Shown in pieces: positions 29,316 to 33,461 of a DNA stretch of 33,461 nt. The notes beneath the pieces were generated by a model. That model made no database searches. It saw only the letters and a program-made list of their open reading frames with translations, and had not been told where the DNA came from. Location: contig NW_021832724.1 of NCBI RefSeq assembly GCF_006345805.1, positions 1 to 33,461 on the forward strand, in the 5' to 3' direction. Both the position numbers and the translations under genes were made by a program. How positions within the stretch are numbered: the stretch's first letter is position 1; the number at the start of each line of letters is the position of its first letter. The stretch is from Octopus sinensis. Taxonomy: Eukaryota.

Positions 29316-29537
29316 TTATGGCTGCCCCCTCGTTATCGAGTATGGCCATTGCACGAAGCTTAACAGTTACTGGTGCTGTGATCGAATGTGACTTTTTAGC
29401 CCAGCTAAAGATCTACAATGTCTTGTACAGAATTAGCAACTAATACCTTTACCGGTAATAGCCGGCTGCAGTTGTAACTGGGCTTCATGTACCTTTGCAT
29501 GTCGTTTAAGTCCTGCCGAAATACACTCTCTTCCACA
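29316..29537 (-). mobile_element. RTE-like LINE 3' end with tandem C2H2 fingers, copy 2 (more 5'-truncated)
   Basis: Highly similar to 5746-5973; minus strand CGRECISAGLKRHAKVHEAQ...KGISC*FCTRHCRSLAGLKSHIRSQHQ*. Confidence 0.75.
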
Positions 29538-29611
29538 GGAAGAGAATATATATATAAACATATATACATACATGCATACATACATGATATATGTACATAT
29601 TTTATATACAT

Positions 29612-29923
29612 GTTCTTTTATTCTGTTACTTATTTCAGTCATTTGACTGCAGCCATGCTGGAGCACCGCCGTAGAGGGTTTCAGTCGGAGAAATCGACCG
29701 CAGGGCTTACTCCTTGTAAGCCTACTACCTTGTATATCGGTTTCTTTTGCTGAACCGCTAAGTTACAGGGACGCAAACACACCAACGTCGGTTGTCAAAT
29801 GATGGTGGTGACACAAAGACACAAAGCCCTAGTCTATAGTAGAAAACATTTGCCCTAGGTGCCACGCTGTAGGACTGAACTCGGAACCATTTGGTTGGGA
29901 AGCAAGCTTCGTACTACACAGTT
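29612..29923 (-). mobile_element. SINE family B with internal deletion
   Basis: Tail TTTCAGTCATTTGACTGCAGCCATGCTGGAGCACCGCC; head ...GGAACCATTTGGTTGGGAAGCAAGCTT... Confidence 0.85.
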
Positions 29924-30548
29924 ACATAGTGTATCTTGTGTGTGCTGTTAGAAGTACGACTGCTGCTGTTATGTTAGGACTTCGCGTAGAAGTCCACTCT
30001 ACATGCTTACTACCCGTACATTGGTAGCATAGTACTATCCGTACATTGGTAGTATAGTATACTACTATACTTTGTAGTATTACTAGTTAAGAAATCCAGA
30101 ACAAATGTAGGAGAATTTACGACAGACAAAAGTTAGATTATTGCTACTTACGTATATTTCAACGTTATGGTTGCTTGGAACTCTGCAATGGATGTTTCAA
30201 GTGCATTTGGAGGTTCAACCAGAACGGATCATGAAGGAACACATTATTGCATTAAGTTGCAGAGAATTAATGTAATGCATTGGGAGCTTAGTTGATGGGG
30301 AGGAATTTTATAGGTGCTATGGTAGGGAGATAGAAAGAAGGAAATTGGATGTTAAAAGAAACATAAAATTTTTTTTTTAAATACTTGGGAGATGGAGATT
30401 GAAAGAGAGGCGGCAAAGGTAATTATAGAATAAAGCGAAAAAGGAACGGAGAGAAAACAGGAAGAGAGGATAAAGAAAATAAAAAAAGGGATTCACACGG
30501 ACACTCGTACGCGCACGCACACACACATACGTACACTTACATATAGTC

Positions 30549-30789
30549 GGGGCGCATGACGTAATGATTAGGGTGTGGACTTATGATCATAAGATTGTGG
30601 TTTCGATTCCTGGATCGGGCGACATGTTGTGTTCTTGAGCAAAATACTTCGATCCACGTTGCTTCAATCCATGCAGTTGGTAAAAATGAGCAATCCTGCG
30701 ACAGAGCAACGTCCCGTCCAAGGAGGTATATAAACGCCAGAGCAACCGGGAATCTGAACTCATGTTCCTTAAGGAGCAATGTAAACTAA

Positions 30790-30790
<1 letters not shown>
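30549..30790 (+). mobile_element. SINE family D, diverged
   Basis: GGGGCGCATGACGTAATGATTAGGGTG...GGTTTCGATTCCTGGATCGGGCG...TTGTGTTCTTGAGCAAAA...CGTCCCGTCCA. Confidence 0.8.
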
Positions 30791-30829
<39 letters not shown>

Positions 30830-30943
30830 CAGCAAAAACAATTAAGATTCAAATGAATTCAAATGAATTCGAATGAATATGGTACTTAACTTAAATGCAC
30901 CAGGATTCTTTATGGTATTAACCATAAAAATATGTGGGGTGAT

Positions 30944-31000
30944 TATAACCAAGAAAAAAGCAACAACCGATCCATTCTTGTTGCTTTTTTCTTGGTTATA
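30944..31000. other. Perfect 23-bp inverted repeat with 11-nt loop
   Basis: TATAACCAAGAAAAAAGCAACAA (30944-30966), CCGATCCATTC, TTGTTGCTTTTTTCTTGGTTATA (30978-31000). Confidence 0.9.
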
Positions 31001-31396
31001 TATATATATCGTTGGTACTTAGTTAAACTGTCGTATGTCCAAATTTGGCCAAATGCCTTTTTTTTCTTAATATTTATTTTTGCTTGCAATAGCCGGTCCT
31101 TTTGACCGATCTGTCGTATCTCCAGCTGCTTCAGATGCCAAGGGATCAAAAATTGTCAAAGTTTGAAATAAAGATAATAACTGACAGAGTAATCAACGGA
31201 AAGAAAGAAAACTGGGAAAAAGAACTAGTATGATCACTGATTTTTTAAGAACCTTAAGATACATAACATAAATACATAATGTATATAGGTACATTATGGA
31301 AACAATGGGGAAAGATCGGTCGTTTTGAGTATATGTATATAACAACACACACATACTTATAATATATATATACATACATACATGATATATGTACAT

Positions 31397-31577
31397 TTAT
31401 TCTTTTACTTGTTTCAGTCATTTGATTGTGGCCATGCTGGATCACCGCCTTAGAGGGTTTTAGTCGGAGAAATCGACCGCAGGACTTATTCCTTGTAAGC
31501 CTGCTAATTTGTATATCGGTGTTTTTTTGCCGAACAGCTATGTTACGAGGTCGTAAAAACACCAATGTCGGTTGTCA
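31397..31577 (-). mobile_element. SINE family B 3' half, paralogue of 29612-29790
   Basis: Shares private variants GAGGGTTT.AGTCGGAGAAATCGACCGCAGG and CCTTGTAAGCCT with the 29612 copy. Confidence 0.85.
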
Positions 31578-31675
31578 TATTGTACAACGGTTTTGCTATG
31601 GAATGGTGAAATTATTTTTTCTCTTTCTGAAAAAGCAACGTTTTGTACTTACGACACTATTACATAATAGCAACG

Positions 31676-31716
31676 ATATATATATATATATATGAAAGTA
31701 TTGTAATAATATTATA

Positions 31717-31762
<46 letters not shown>

Positions 31763-31904
31763 TATATATATATTATATATATATATATGTATATATATGA
31801 TATATCTATATCTATATATAAATATACATATGTATATGTAATGTATATATATGTATATACGTATAAGTCAGTATGTATATATATATATATGTATATATAT
31901 ATAT

Positions 31905-31936
<32 letters not shown>

Positions 31937-32300
31937 GTATATATATATATATGTATATATGCTTATATATATATGTATATATGTATATATATATATAGAT
32001 ATATATAGAATACATATATATATATATGTATATATGTATGTATATATATATGTACATAATGGATATATTATACATTGATATATATATATGGATATACATA
32101 TATATATACATTTATATATATACATATTATATTTATAATATATGTATTATATATATATATATATATATTATATATACATATATATGCATATATGTAATAT
32201 GTGTATATATAACATATATATGTATATACATTTATATATATATATGTATATATATGATAATATGTAAATATTTATATATGTGTATGTATATATGTAAGTA
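31676..32300. repeat. Long degenerate (TA)n tract
   Basis: Directly visible; source of the IY/MY pseudo-ORFs. Confidence 0.97.
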
Positions 32301-33116
32301 TTAATTTGCAAATGTTACAAGTTGACTCTAGTGCGAAGAGTTGATTGTATGGTTTTTAAAGTCATCACAGAATAACACTCATACATTTGTCAAATAAAGA
32401 CAAAACAAAACAAAAGAATATCGTTATCAATATTATACTGCAAAATGACACTATTTCATTTCGTGTACAAACATTATCAATATCTACATTATATACTCAT
32501 TATCCTGACCGCAAGTGCAATCATTGTGACTGTCTCTGTTCCAACATAAAATGATTTCCCTTTCTATTATAAATGCTCACTGCTAAAGGTACAATCCCAA
32601 ATTCATTATTTACTTAGTTTAATCAACTGAATAAGGATTTAACAAAGCAGTCGAGGTGGAAGCCATCCGTGAAATTGACGGAGGTTCAATTCTCATCTTT
32701 GTCGATTTCCTGTGCAAGAAAAACTATATAAAATACAAAAAAAATGGATTTAAAGCTGTCTTCCTTCCTGTCTTATGATTGCTAATGTCTTGTATTTGTT
32801 GTATTTATCGTGTTTTTTTGTTTCTTTTGTAATATATTTGTTCGTTTACTTTATTTTTCGATAATTCTGTCTTTATTAATGTATTGTGATTGCTTGGTGA
32901 AGCATGCGAGGGCGTATCTCTTAGTTTGGTATCGTTGTGTAGAATTCATTATGAATGCAAACGCGCGCATACGGAAGCGCGGGCTCATTCACGCCCTCAC
33001 ACACACACAAGCACACGTAAGCACACATAAGTACACGTACACAGACACAGACAGACAGACACACACACACACACATATATATATACACACACAAATACAT
33101 ACAAATACATACAGAT

Positions 33117-33156
33117 AGTAACAGGTTTTGTAGAATTTTCTGCTGCTTTAAATGAA

Positions 33157-33157
<1 letters not shown>
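33117..33157 (+). repeat. 3' fragment of the 16205-16392 element
   Basis: AGTAACAGGTTTTGTAGAATTTTCTGCTGCTTTAAAT versus AGTAACAGATTTTGTTGAATTTTCTGCTGCTTTAAAT; again followed by (TA)n. Confidence 0.75.
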
Positions 33158-33189
<32 letters not shown>

Positions 33190-33206
33190 TATATAATATA
33201 AAATAA

Positions 33207-33264
<58 letters not shown>

Positions 33265-33461
33265 CTACATATATATGTTCGATATATATATACAAATTCA
33301 TATGCATATACATATTTGTGTGTGTGTGTTTGGGTATTGATTCACGAATGTGCACAATAAAGACAACAGAGTGTGAATTTTTGAACGCATATAATATATA
33401 CCTCAATCACTATGAACCCATGCATTCATGGAGGCCAGCACACACACACCTCCAGCGAGCG

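Overview
Eukaryotic, AT-rich, non-coding DNA. It is most likely intronic or intergenic sequence from an Octopus (coleoid cephalopod); this is inferred from the very high microsatellite density and the tRNA-derived SINE families. I find no supportable host protein-coding gene, rRNA, functional tRNA or CRISPR array. Most ORFs in the supplied track are translations of microsatellites; the few with real protein signal are retrotransposon remnants. The window is a dense retroelement patchwork. (1) About 25 SINE copies or fragments fall into five working families that I label A-E; they swap heads, bodies and tails, and several have 12-18 bp target-site duplications (TSDs). (2) There are decayed remnants of five reverse-transcriptase lineages: RTE (two families, one ending in at least three tandem C2H2 fingers), Tx1/L1, CR1-group, an RLE/HERO-like element and a Penelope-like element. 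(3) Three short elements beside (TA)n tracts carry minimal hammerhead-ribozyme-like motifs. (4) There is a Helentron-associated (HINE/DINE-like) element, a 371-bp foldback/MITE, a perfect 23-bp hairpin and two short local segmental duplications. The most notable observations are the hammerhead-like motifs, a CR1-group LINE 3' end matching the family-B SINE tail, a tail-swapped SINE that appears to have gained a TSD, and a SINE trimer with nested TSDs. All alignments and counts were done by eye, and family names from the literature are not confirmed by database search.
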